From Mytilus californianus (Eukaryota): a stretch of 64,000 bases of DNA. Positions 1 through 11,967 of this stretch are shown here, in pieces. A model generated the notes under the pieces. That model saw only the letters and a program-made list of their open reading frames with translations, ran no database searches and was not told the DNA's origin. Positions within the stretch are counted from its first letter, which is position 1. Every line of letters starts with the position of its first letter. The stretch lies in the NCBI RefSeq assembly GCF_021869535.1, contig NW_026262734.1, positions 17,546,001 to 17,610,000 of the forward strand, read 5' to 3'. Both the position numbers and the translations under genes were made by a program.

Positions 1-535
1 AAAACCTACCCTTTTTTTTGTGTGGATCCTTGTGGTACAATTTCACAAAGATCCATAGACTTACACTCAAGTTATTGTCCAGAAACCAGAAAATCCTAGT
101 TTTTTGGTCCCTTTCTTGCCTTAATATCTAAACGGTTTAAGCCATAACTCCTAAAATCAATCCCAACCTTCCCTTTGAGATATGGAACTTTGTGGTACAA
201 TTTCATAGAGATGCATACACTTATACACAAGTTGTTGTCCTGGAACAAGAAAACTGCTTGTTTTTTTTTTGCCCCTTTTTTGCCCCTAATTCCTAAACAG
301 TTAGAACAATAACCCCCAATGTCAATCCCAACCTTCCTGTTGTGATATGGAACCTTGTGGTACAATTTCATAGAGATGCATACACTTATACACAAGCTGT
401 TGTCCTGGAACAAGAAAAATGCTAGAGTTTAATACACTTAATCTCAAGTTATTGTCTGGAAACCAAATGTCTTCCTACGACGACGACATCGCCATACCAT
501 TATACGGCCGCAAAATTGTGCGGTCGTATAAAAAA
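1..535 (-). mobile_element. Helentron-associated (HINE/CvA-pearl-like) non-autonomous element, 5' part, with ~160-bp internal tandem units
   Basis: The minus strand starts with a T-run, then hairpin TATACGGCCGCA/TGCGGTCGTATA (501-530) and a (GTC)n tract. Three copies of a unit containing TTGTGGTACAATTTCA...ATTGTCC lie at ~26, ~183 and ~349. Same layout as 4657-5491. Confidence 0.7.
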
Positions 536-912
536 ACCTATCTAAGTTAATTAATTAATACTCTACGTAAAATGAACAAAAGAAAATAGGAATTGTAGTC
601 TAGATTATATTTCCTGATTACGGATAAGCTTCTGTAAGTGTTTTCTAAAATTCATTGAAACCGTTGTAATTTTTAGTTGTATGCATATACTTACTTTTTT
701 ATTATTTGCTGTGAAGACGAAAACAAATAAAAGGAATCCAACACAGTTCTTCATCTGGAAAAAAATTTAAATAACATTTATCTGAAATATGATTGATATT
801 TGAGTAAAATGAAACTCCTGAGCATATGTGTTAGACATCGGAATCGAAACCAGTATAACTTTAAATAACTTAAACCGTGGTATAAATATAATCCCAATAT
901 ATCTCCGTTTAC

Positions 913-969
913 CTGATATTGCCGGTAGCGTACTGAAGATTTCATTCCATCTACCGTCAATCACGGTAG
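913..969 (-). CDS. Candidate isolated 57-nt symmetric phase-1 exon (TVIDGRWNEIFSTLPAIS), gene unknown
   Basis: Acceptor TTCTTTGTCAATCGTTTCAG| and donor CAG|GTAAAC; only the phase-1 frame is open. No partner exon identified. Confidence 0.35.
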
Positions 970-1192
970 CTGAAACGATTGACAAAGAAATGCATCAAGA
1001 TGTTTCGTAAAGGTTTGAAATTATAATCTAAAAAAAATCCGCATACGTTAGCTTCAACTCGCAAAAACCAAACATATAATTACTTGATGATCTATCATAA
1101 CTATAATTTTCGTTCTTGGAATCTAGAAATAATACAAACATGGATACAGAAAACTTAATTATATAACAAACATTAATGATGTATTTACACTT

Positions 1193-1800
1193 AATCCATT
1201 TGATGTTTGTGTGCAGTGATTGCTATTTTTGTCTTAGATACATGATATTTTTTATTAGTTGTTATTGGCTTTGAACTAGCTGTCAGTAACTGAGAGTACT
1301 CTCATATCTGTTCTTTGTGTCTTTGTCGTTGTGAGGGATGTATAAATACCCTGCCAGGTCCGGTCTGTGTTTTTGTTATATGTTTTTTCTGCTTTGTATC
1401 GGTCTGATGAGTTAAGCCCTTACCAACTGATTTTTATAGTTTTTTCTTATGTTGTACTGTTACACTACTGTCCCATGCAAGGGGAGGATTTGCGCCTTCA
1501 AACATGCGTAACCCCGCCACATTCTTTATGTGCCTGTCCCAAGTCAGGAGCCAGTAGTTCAATGGTTGTCGTTGGTTCATGTCTGTCTTATTTGTTTTTT
1601 GTAAATTGTTTTGTTATAAATAAGGCCGTTATTTTTCTGAATTAAATTGTTTTATTTTTTTTTCATAGCCGACTATATGGAATGTGTTTTTCTCCATGTT
1701 GAAGGCCGTAATGTTGCTTATAATTGCTTACATCCACTTCATTTGAACTTTGGTGGAGAGTTGTCTCATAGGCAATCATACCACATCTCCTTATTTTTAA
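1193..1800 (-). repeat. Abundant SINE-like interspersed repeat
   Basis: Similar to 30665-31460 and to the reverse complement of 49767-50008 and 19070-19215; carries the core GTGCCTGTCCCAAGTCAGGA. Confidence 0.75.
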
Positions 1801-2702
1801 ATTAAAAGCCAACCTGTTCATGCATGTCGTGATGTATAACTATGTTGTACAAAAATATGTTATAAAATGTAGGAGTGCATTACATCCATTTAATTTGGCC
1901 TCTGTTATATAAACACCGAAATAACGCGGTGTAATGTCAGTATTAAATGACAGGGCAGTGCGTAACAAAAAATACCCCAACATAATATACTGCAGTTTTC
2001 AGACAAAAGCAAAGTAACATAGAAACTCGTATGATGTAATTTGACTTGTATTTCAGTGTAATTAAACCACTTAGTCACTAGGAGACGATAAGGAACATTT
2101 AGGATATGTATGCTATAAAACAAATCCGAATTTTGTTCTGGTTTGTTTGGAAATATGATCCATTTCAGGCTTACTTATCTCTACAAATGTCTTCGTTCGC
2201 GTTTCTCAAAACTGATATCAAATAAAGGACTTTCGATTACTTGAACCGATATTGGTTATTATTTTTCTGCTATGTTTTCATCAGAAACAACTTTAAGTAA
2301 AAGGAAAAGAAAATACCGTGTTTTTCCCACAATGACTTAAATGGTTAGGTTTTTCAGTCCATAAAAGTAACATTACATTATTTTGTGAATAAAATATACA
2401 TCTGAAGTTAATGAATCTAAATTGTAAAGAAAGCCATCTACATTGGAATAAAATAAACAACCCTTTTTCCAAATGTCGGAAATATGTCAAAGAGTGTTTA
2501 CCGTAAATCAATAACAAAAAGAAATAAGGGAACGAATCCCGACGGTTGCAAAAGATCGAGGTGGTAAAAGAGACGATGGGAAGTCGTAACACAAAGGTGG
2601 ACGATACTAGAAGTCAGCTCGTATTTATGAGCTTCAAATTACATCACTCGGGAACAGTGTTGGGTATCCGCCTATATAATATAAATAAGATATACAAATA
2701 TT

Positions 2703-2790
2703 TGTTTTTGTACTACGGTTGACAGAGTCGAGGGTATATAGGAAATATCATGTATGTCCGTCCATCTGTCCGTCCGTGCGTGCGTGATAC
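2703..2790 (+). mobile_element. 5' fragment of a HINE-like element
   Basis: T-run, degenerate hairpin ending GAGGGTATA, then GTCCGTCC-type microsatellite, as at 4657-4771. Confidence 0.4.
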
Positions 2791-4655
2791 TTTTGGTTTT
2801 TATATGATAAAAACAGAACCGCTTTTGAAGTTTGTTGATATTTTAAATTAAATATATTTCCATTAGCATATACAAAATTGTTATGAATTTTTCAAAATAA
2901 TGAAAAAGAGAAATCTAACTCTACTGTTATAACATGTATAATAATCTAAATGTTCTCATTAGTTATTATTGATATAAAGGACACATTAAGAAATGAAAGT
3001 TTATTCGAGAAAAAAATGTTAAGTGTCTGGTAGTTTCGTTTTCAGAATATTGATTCGACCAATCTAATATTGTTGTAGACGGATTGGAATTCCAAATTTA
3101 ATTGAACTATTTCACACATACAATACATTTATCTAACTTGAAAGATGACGTAGATACTTACCATACCTATATGGTTGCGCAGACTTACTTTGTCAACAAA
3201 ATATTTTTCTCTGTTAGCAGAACAAAGAAGTTCCTCGATATTTACTTCCTCTTTGAATACAGTCTTGTTATTTCATAATGATCTACATTTAAACATACTG
3301 GATAAGCGTTGTAAATTTAACCCTGATAATTAGTTATAAATAAATTTAACGCTACTAGTAGATTATTATCTAACAATATCTAATAGAAGAATAAATAACT
3401 TTTCAGAAATTTGTGTTCAAGATAAGAATAAACAAGTTTCTACTGTATGTACATGATGTAAACGATTTGTATATGTCTACCTATATATTGTTATCACAAA
3501 TCAATGATTCATGATTACCGTTTAATTTCTGTTAATTAGTTCTGAACAATACAAACTTTTAGAAAATAAGTTCATCGTATTTCTACTTCAATAGGTCATC
3601 ATAACATAAATTATATATTGAACATTTGGTGATTCATGTATACATGGTATATTATTACTATCGTCTGAACGAAGTTTGAAGATTTTTATTCTGAAAGCAA
3701 TTTGAGGCTTTTCATGTGTTTTGCTCATTAATCTTAATCATTATTCATCTGCCTTCTCTTTCGCTTTTGAACTTATCATTGACAGTATTTCAAACAGTAA
3801 ATCACATGCACTATAATTGTACAGTAAATGCGGGTTTGTTAAGGGGTAAATTTAGTAAAAAATCTCCCATTGACTTTAATGCAAATCAATGTCTTGAATT
3901 AAATTTATACATGATTTACCTTTAGAAATCAGAAGTTTTCATATATCATTCATTAAAGTATAAATGTAGCCCCATCTTTTGCAATAATATAAACATAGGG
4001 CCATGCGGCATTTTTGGGCATTCACATGGCCTTGTTTAGAAACACTGTAGATTCCTATACTGACCCCAATACCTTTCTACCCTGTAGTAAAAAAATTAAG
4101 TGAATTCAGCATTAATTTTTTAATTTTCTTTAACTCTATAGTTTTGATCCATCTATCAAAAAATGTTTTTTACAAACATTATCTACCAATCAGAAGAGCA
4201 CAGGACTTCAGTGTTAAACAGAAAGCTCTCCCCAAATGGGCGGTCCCTGATGAATTATATTTATTTACTTAATTTACCCATTAAGCAGTGCAAAATATTG
4301 TGCTTGAGTAAAATATGAAAACTTATACGTGACTATTTTTTATTGTTTAGTTTAAAATATAAAGTAAAGGATAACCTAAGATGTATATGCGACAGTATAC
4401 ATATTGTAAAAATATTTCTACGGTTAATTACTACATGTACTGAAAGGCAATATTGAGTTGATTGAAAATATAAGGGCTACAATGAATCTTGAAGTTACCT
4501 TGTTGTTCGGTAGTTACAGTACAGTACAAAATACAGTATCTTTGGCATATGCATAATTCAAACAAATTTACATGGGTTTTTGTTCTAATAGTTGCACGAT
4601 TGCTTTGTCTGTTTATTTTTTTTACTTTTAAGATACGGTCTAGATAGAGGTTATG

Positions 4656-4656
<1 letters not shown>

Positions 4657-4711
<55 letters not shown>

Positions 4712-5491
4712 CGTCTGTCCGTCCGTCTGTCCGTCCGTCCGTCCGTCCGTCCGTCCGTCAGTCCGTCAGTCCTATTTCTTGTCATCGCAACTCCTCTCAA
4801 ACCACACAACAGAATTTCACGAAATCTTTTTAGATAATAAGGACATACTATGTAGTTGTGCATATCGACAGGAAATTACGATTCAATTTTTTTTCTAGGA
4901 GTTACGCCCCTTTGAACTTATATACTTTAATGTACTACTGCAACAGATTGTCATCGCAACTCCTCTCAAACCACACAACAGAATTTCATGAAACCTTTTC
5001 AGATAATAAGGACATACTACGTAGACGTGTATATCGACAGGAAATTACGATTCAATTTTTTTTCCAGGAGTTACGCCCCTTCGAACTTATTTGCCCAATA
5101 TACTACTGCAACCTTTTGTCATCGCAACTCCTCTCAAACCACACAACGGAATTTCATGAAACCTTTTCAGATAATAAGGACATACTACGTAGATGTGCAT
5201 ATCGACAGGAAATAACGATTCAATTTTTTTTCCAGGAGTTACGCCCCTTTGAACTTATTTGCCCAATATGCTACTGCAACCTTTTGTGATCGCAACTCCT
5301 CTCAAACCACACAACAGAATTTCCTGAAACTGTGTAGATAATAAGGACATACTATGTAGATGTGCATATTGACAGGAAATTATGATTCAATTTTTTTTTC
5401 TGATACAATTTTTTTTTCTTACACTTATTTTATTTCTCCAATGACAATGTGGGGACGTGGGGTATGTGACCGCGCTCACTAAGGGTCTTTA
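4657..5491 (+). mobile_element. Complete HINE/CvA-pearl-like non-autonomous element with 168-bp tandem core
   Basis: 5' hairpin ATACCCCACGCAACGAGTTGCGGAGGGTAT (4661-4690); (GTCC)n at 4704-4771; tandem units starting at 4781, 4950, 5118 and 5286; subterminal inverted repeat CGTGGGGTAT (5456-5465); 3' palindrome GTGA-CCGCGC-TCAC; T-rich flanks. Confidence 0.8.
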
Positions 5492-7462
5492 ATTATGGCA
5501 TGTAAAATGATTTAACCCAACACAAGTAGGTGCCTGTACAAGCTCAGGTAATCTGGACAATCATTTGATCGTTGTGTTGTTGTTTATATTTCTGTATACG
5601 TATATTGCCTGAGTTGAACGAATTTGTTTGGTGTCTGTAATCCTGTCTATGTGATATCAATAAGTACCTAAATACTAAATTGCTTTTCGGCCAAAAAGGC
5701 TGGGAACAGCTTTGTCTATTTCGATTGTCCTTTCATTTTTAAAAGCTCTTATTGTCCGTAAATGATTGACAAATTTAACTTTAATTTGCTGCAAACAATG
5801 GTTTCATTATGGAAGATAACATTTTCGGACAAACATAATAGCTGCGAAAATGTAAAAAGTAAATAATAAATAGATAATAGATATACAAAGAAAATTCAAA
5901 GAAAATTCAAAGAAAACTACTGTTTTAAACAGAGAATAATTATTGCATTAAATATTAAACCATCTAATAGGATACATTCTACAGCAAATGTTCAGGTTTT
6001 ATTGGAGTTTAATATATGCTTGCTCCTTTTGTGAATAATAGTGAGCTTCCGTTCAAAGAGACACTTCATTAATCATTTAATTAACAGACTCCTGCTGTGT
6101 TTAAGTCTGACAACTTCAAAGTAGGACGTATACTGGTTTACCTTTGATCGCCCGTTAGTATCACACTTTTGCTGCATTTTTTCCTCAAAATTTAAATAAG
6201 AACTTCTTTATTTTAGTAGTAACGTTTCATATTTGTAAGCTTTACCGTGCGGCAAATTTTCAGGTGCGTCTCTAATCTACTTTCGACCTCCCTCAATCGT
6301 TTACTACTTTTAATATTTTTCACAGCAACCACAAATCAAAGATTTTTGGTATCTGGTATCAATCATTTATTTACATCGATAAGCTTAACCGTTCGACTTA
6401 TTCTTGTATATGTCATTAAATCTACTTCTGGGTGACTGCATACTTGAATATTCTTTAATTTTATGCATAAAACATGGTGCATTTTTATCAGTAATAACAA
6501 ATCATAACTTCTTGATATTTGATTGTGTTTAATATTGGTTAGTTACACTAAGGACATATATATGTGTTTTCTTTTTCCTAATTAATGATGTTAATTGATA
6601 TAAAATTTTCTTTCACTCAAACATGAGGGTGGGGGTATATCAATGAATAGTACCTCACATCTTGTTTGTAATGGCTTGATGTTTTGCAGTAAAAAACATT
6701 TTGGTTTGTGTAACTTTGTTTGATTTATTACAAAAAGAGGCGAACGATACCTAGGGGACATTTAAAATTTTAATTGTAATATTTATGTATTGAGAACCTG
6801 TCAATGAAAACAGTATCTTAATAACACCATTTGTTTAATATCGAAATTGTTTCTAAATCTAGGACACAAAAATAAAGATGTCACGATAAACATCAACAAA
6901 TAATTGGATATTTCATAGTTAGTCAGTTAAATTTGTATTATTTCATTTTGATATTTTTTTAGTAAATGATGAAGTATTTCATTATACATATGCATATTTG
7001 GTTTACTTAATGTTATCACAATGTATTATTGAATTATGCAAACTGAAAAGACGTCCTTCATGCACAATATAATACATAACAAATCTTTTTTACAGTCTCT
7101 CAACAACGGAACGGTTTTATATATAAATCTAAAGAATTCAATTAATTATTACGCCAAATAAGGTCAAAATATTTGTAAAAACTAATTAAACTTCAGAGAA
7201 AAACATATTCACAACATACATGTATATCCTGATCATGGTTTAATCACTTTGATGTATCTTTCTTAAATCATACGGAGAAAAAAAAAATACATTGCACATT
7301 TGTTAAGAACTTGATATTTAAATAATGAATTACAATTGTTTTCTCATGGGAATATTTTAATTGGTTTAACTGATGTTTTTGTGTCGTTTTTGTTTAAGTG
7401 TACTAAATTCGCCAGAACTGAAACTGTCTTTGCCTGCAACAGGTGTCAACATACATGTATAG

Positions 7463-7617
7463 TGGGGTTCGTGTTGCTCAGTCTTTAGTTTTCTATGTTG
7501 TGTTTTGTGTACTGTTGTTTGTCTGTTGGTCTTTTTCTTTTTTTAGCTATGACATTGTCAGTTTATTTTCGACTTATGAATTTAAATGTCCCTTTGGTAT
7601 CTTTCGCCTCTCTTTTA
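7463..7617 (+). repeat. 5' pseudo-LTR (copy of the element's own 3' end)
   Basis: GTGGGGTTCGTGTTGCTCAGTC...GGTATCTTTCGCCTCTCTTTT matches 10808-10958 in direct orientation. Confidence 0.8.
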
Positions 7618-7767
7618 GAACCACTGGGTCGATATATCTGCTGGTGGACATTTTGTCCCCGAGGACATTATCCGCCCAGTAGCATAATATGCATTAATGT
7701 ACGAAGATCAAACAGAATACAGGCTGGGACGTCGCCCAGTATAAAAAGGTCCGAAACAGACGTCACG

Positions 7768-10656
7768 ATGGACACGGTGTCGTCTGATATGGCAGGTGTC
7801 CCCTCGTCACCAGACATGACAAATATCCCTAACATGACACATTCAGATCATCATACTAATGACAACAGCAATAATCTACGTACGCAACCGTGTTCAATTA
7901 TTCTACAAGACATTTTGAATTTTAATGGCTCTGAACAACACTGTCTCATTACGAAATGTAAAACCAAAAACTGCAAAACCTGTAAAATTTTAATAACAGC
8001 TGCTCAATTCACTAGCAATTTAGCTATAAAGTCTTATTTTACCAGAATCTACGATGATCTGAATTGTAAATCAACAAAAGTCGTCTACGAATTAGAGTGT
8101 AACCTTTGCGGATTGGTATATGTCGGTGAAACAAAAGGAAGGCTAAATAAACGTATGTGCAGTCATAGATCAGACATCAACAACAACGATGACGACATTG
8201 GTTACCAGCATTTTAACCAGCCTGATCATTCAATATTTCTATGCAAGTTCGCATCATCGAAACAAATATACCACAGGACTAACAATCCTCATCTTGCAAC
8301 ACCTCTCCATAGACATAAAGACTACTACTGGATTCTACAATTGGGAACTGCGACACCATATGGTTGCAATGACAAAATTGATGGTATAGGTATTCGATCT
8401 AGTCCTTTCTGTAGCTCGGTGAATATGATGAACATTTTCAACTCTACTCCTCGACGTAGACGCAGTCATGGTCATCGTCATTTTACATCACCTACCCTCC
8501 ATGATGTCTCTATTAATGACCTGCTGCCATTTATACACAAGCCGTTAGTTATTCATCACATTCGCACCAAGCTTTTTTCGTTACCCCTTTCAAAACTTCA
8601 TTCTCTGTACCACTTATGTTTGGAAACCACTGTTACAAACCCTCATTCAAACCAATACAAACTTACAGCTATCATTTCGGATATTGCAGGTCACAGACGT
8701 TTCAAACCAATTCGCATTGGAAAAGATGAAAAGGAGAAAAGGTACTTTCTTAAACTTTCCTTTGCCAACAAAGGTCTCGATGCCATCAGCTTAGGCAATA
8801 TTCTTCATCATAAATCAGTTCACTCAAAATACCTCCCTATTTTAAAGATCAGTCTGCACCTATCATTTTTTATACCTAAAGCCAACCAATTGTAACTAAA
8901 ATTTTCAATTACAAACACGTGATGCAGGATCTCATTCAAGTCTAAACCTCCTGATTGCACCTGTGCTAGTTCCCCATTAATAATAATCCGGCTGGCCACG
9001 CTATTACTGGTGACCTAAACATTTGTCAATAACACTTCTCTGCGAAATGTGTTATCCAAAGACCCGAAATATCGTAAGCCTAAATCCATCAATTAGAAAC
9101 ACAACTTCAAAATACTGATGGATTCAGTCGATGATTACGACAGGCAATTGGTTAAACGCGAGAAAGAAGACGTATATACTCTTTCCGAATGGATCAAGGC
9201 TGTGAGGTCGTTGATACAAATCAGAATTAAGAAACTGAATGGGTCTGTGGATAACCATGCTACATCAATCTTTATAGACCCAAATGTTGCAAAACACTTG
9301 TCCTATTTCCATGACAAATATGTTGTTGTCACCGCAGATAAAACCCCAAACAATATCGTTTTTGTGTGTAAATAGCATAACATAAACTGCTTGATAAATG
9401 AATTAGGTACTGACAATTCACTTGGAAACTCAACATATACCCCACGGCACTTACCAAAGAGGAAATCCTGGATAATCATAGGTCTGTTCAATGTTCCTTT
9501 GGAATTTCAACCAAAGATGAAAAACTTGATCTCCCATTACTGTATTGGATACCTAAACTACATAAGTGTCCTTACAAACGACGTTATATATTACTGGGTC
9601 TTCCAAGTGCTCCACGAAACCTCTTTCTAAATTATTAACATCAATTTTTTTTAGCAAGGAAAGCCAAACTTCAAAGTTATTGTGAATCTACCTATTCTAG
9701 AGGTGGCGTGAATCAGATGTGGATACTAAAAAAATCCAAAGATCTTTTAGAGTACATCTTGCAATAGTATTAAAACATTTAACTTTTCTACATTTTACAC
9801 ATGTATTCCCTATTCCAAACTAAAAGACACATTGAAAGAGTTGGTCTTACTTTGTTTCATGAAAAAGAATGGCAAACGTAGATACAAGTATCTTGTCTTA
9901 GGGAGGGATAAATCCTATTTTGTAAAAAATCACTCTAATTCAAACAAAAAATTCTCTGAAAGTGACATTATCAAGATACTTGATTTCTTGATTGACGACA
10001 TATTTGTTACGTTTGGAGACATGTTTTTCAACAAACAATCGACATTCCTATGGGAACCAACTGTGTCCCTCGTCTTGCCGACTTATTCCTTTCTTCATAT
10101 GAGGCTGACTTCAAACAGGAACTTCTTAGGGAAAAAGAAAAGAAGTTAGCAGTAACCTTTAACTTTATTTTCCGCTATATAGACGATGTTCTCTCACTAA
10201 ATAATTCAAAATTTGGTGACTATGTTGAACGCATCTATCCCATTGAACTTGAGATAAAGGATACAACAGAAACAGTTAAGTATGCCTCATATCTTGACTA
10301 ACATCTAGAAATTGAAAATGAGGGTCGGTTGAAAGCAAAACTTCACGACAAAAAAGATGATTTCAGCTTCCCAGTTGTGAGCTTTTCATTGCTATGCTAT
10401 TGCTATTGCAACATTACAGCAGCGCCTGTGTACGGAGTATATATCTCCCAGTTGATACGATATTCCAGGGTTTGTATTTCTTATCTTGATTTCCTTGATA
10501 GAGGGTTGCTGCTCACAAGGAAGCTATTAAACTGAGAGTTCCAAGTGGTGAAGTTCAAATCATCCCTTCGTAAATTTTACGGACGCCATCACAGTTGGTT
10601 GACCGATTTTGAATATCCTTTTCACAGATAATAGCGGATAAGTTCCAAATGTCGTA
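7768..10656 (+). pseudogene. Disrupted EN-RT ORF of the Naiad-type element
   Basis: ATG at 7768 (MDTVSSDMAG). The ORF-track fragments (7495-8895, 9118-9375, 9832-10149, 10050-10301, 10329-10535) are successive pieces of one frameshifted or stopped ORF ending at TAA 10654-10656. Confidence 0.85.
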
Positions 10657-10807
10657 ACTACAATCTCGCCCCATTTTTCCGAATGTGACCTACCGAATTA
10701 GACTTATTACTCGGGTTTTACTAACATGAGCAACACGACGGGTGCAACATGTGGAGCAGAATCAGCTTACCCTTCCGGAGCACTTGAGATCACCCCCAGT
10801 TATTGGT

Positions 10808-10958
10808 GAGTTCGTGTTGCTCATTCTTTAGTTTTCTAAGTTGTTTTTTGTGAACTTTTGTTTGTCTGTTGGTCTTTTTCATTTTTATACATGGCGCTGT
10901 CAGTTTGTTTTCGACTTTTGAGTTTGAATGTCTCTTTGGTATCTTTCGCCTCTCTTTT
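10808..10958 (+). repeat. 3' terminal repeat of the Naiad-type element
   Basis: Direct repeat of 7463-7617. Confidence 0.8.
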
Positions 10959-11747
10959 AATCCGCATTGGTTTGCTAAATATTTATAAATGAATTAAACT
11001 TGTGATGTAGGCGAACACATTCAAAACTAAGTTAAATAGTATATAAAAAAAAAAAATACAAAATTTATAAAGTAAACTCAAAAAGGAGAAGTCCATAAAA
11101 ACCGACAAAACCAACCAACGGAACGAGTGAAAAAATAACCTGTCATTTTCCTGGTTTGGTACAGGCATTTCTTTTTTTGAAGTAAATGGTGAGTTAAACC
11201 AGATATTACAGCTAGCTGAACCTCCCACTTGTATGACCGTTGTTTAGTTCCGATAAATTGACAAAATTGGATAATATTTTGCATTAAGGTTAAATTAAAT
11301 GTATCATTCAGTTAAACAGACAGAATGATAGAAACAAATACATTTTCGGAAAAACAGGGCTGACGTATCAAGAGTGAAAAAGCGCCAATGAAATACTGAT
11401 TGATTATTTTAACAGTTAATGACATATCTTTACTCCAAACATTTTATTCTACCATTGATCGAGTAAGATACAATAGTAAATTAATGAATAAGCAAAGCGA
11501 CAGCTTTAAAATGTTGATGAGTTTGCTGTAACTGTCAAAATGTCGAATCGCACGACATACAGTTGTGCAACCATTTTTTAAATGAATAATTATTAGACTG
11601 AAGGTACACAACTATAAACATCATTGTCAATGATTTAAAAAAAAAGTGTTCTACCTGTTCATCGTCATCAGGGACTATTATTGTTGAGATTCTTTAAGAA
11701 AATCAGAGGACGACATGCAACATTAATTTATTGACAAAAGTAAAATC

Positions 11748-11887
11748 ATCAATGCTCTTCAACTTCGTACATTATTTGGTCTTTTTAACTTTTTTAATTC
11801 GAGCGTCACTGCTGAGTCATTTGTAGACGAAACGCACGTCTGGCATACAAAAATTGTAATCCCGGTATCTACGATACGTTTATTTGA
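11748..11887 (+). mobile_element. Retrozyme fragment (3' end of monomer)
   Basis: CAATGCTCTTCAACTTCGTAC... matches the monomers at 46.2-47.0 kb and 61.0-61.4 kb and includes a hammerhead. Confidence 0.75.
11803..11846 (+). ncRNA. Minimal hammerhead ribozyme, core mutated
   Basis: CGTCA-CTGCTGA-GTC ATTTGTA GAC-GAAA-CGCACG-TC-TGGCA. CUGAUGA is changed to CUGCUGA and the stem III palindrome is broken. Confidence 0.75.
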
Positions 11888-11949
11888 TAAATAATGTCTT
11901 AAAGCCAAATGAGCCACTTGTTGGCTATAAAAATGAATAATTAACCGGT

Positions 11950-11967
11950 GGGGGGGGGGGGGGGGGG
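11950..11967 (+). repeat. G18 homopolymer
   Basis: Run of 18 G in AT-rich DNA. Confidence 0.9.

Larger units (their letters stand above)
7463..10958 (+). mobile_element. Penelope-like retrotransposon with N-terminal endonuclease (Naiad-type), near full length and decayed
   Basis: GIY-YIG motif VVYELECNLCGLVYVGET (8080-8133) with CCHH residues; CxC linker KPPDCTC (8956-8964); RT motifs MGTNC and RYIDD (10176-10187); direct terminal repeats. Confidence 0.9.

Noticed and set aside
96-413. 105-aa ORF with internal repeat
   Set aside because: Translation of the ~160-bp tandem units of a non-autonomous element; no protein motif.
1404-1430. CTGATGAG as a hammerhead core
   Set aside because: No GAAA after a stem II and no stem I/III partner.
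4592-5289. Several overlapping ORFs, and a CRISPR-like look of the repeats
   Set aside because: Produced by (GTCC)n and contiguous 168-bp units with no unique spacers; eukaryotic context, no cas genes.
6245-6335. Minus-strand VVAVKNIK resembling kinase subdomain II with a GTAAAG donor
   Set aside because: In-frame stop two codons upstream, no glycine loop, no other kinase exons found.
7768-10656. Selenocysteine-recoded Naiad, as reported for some clam and spider Naiads
   Set aside because: The Cys motifs I checked use TGC/TGT; the disruptions are frameshifts and mixed stops; no SECIS identified by eye.
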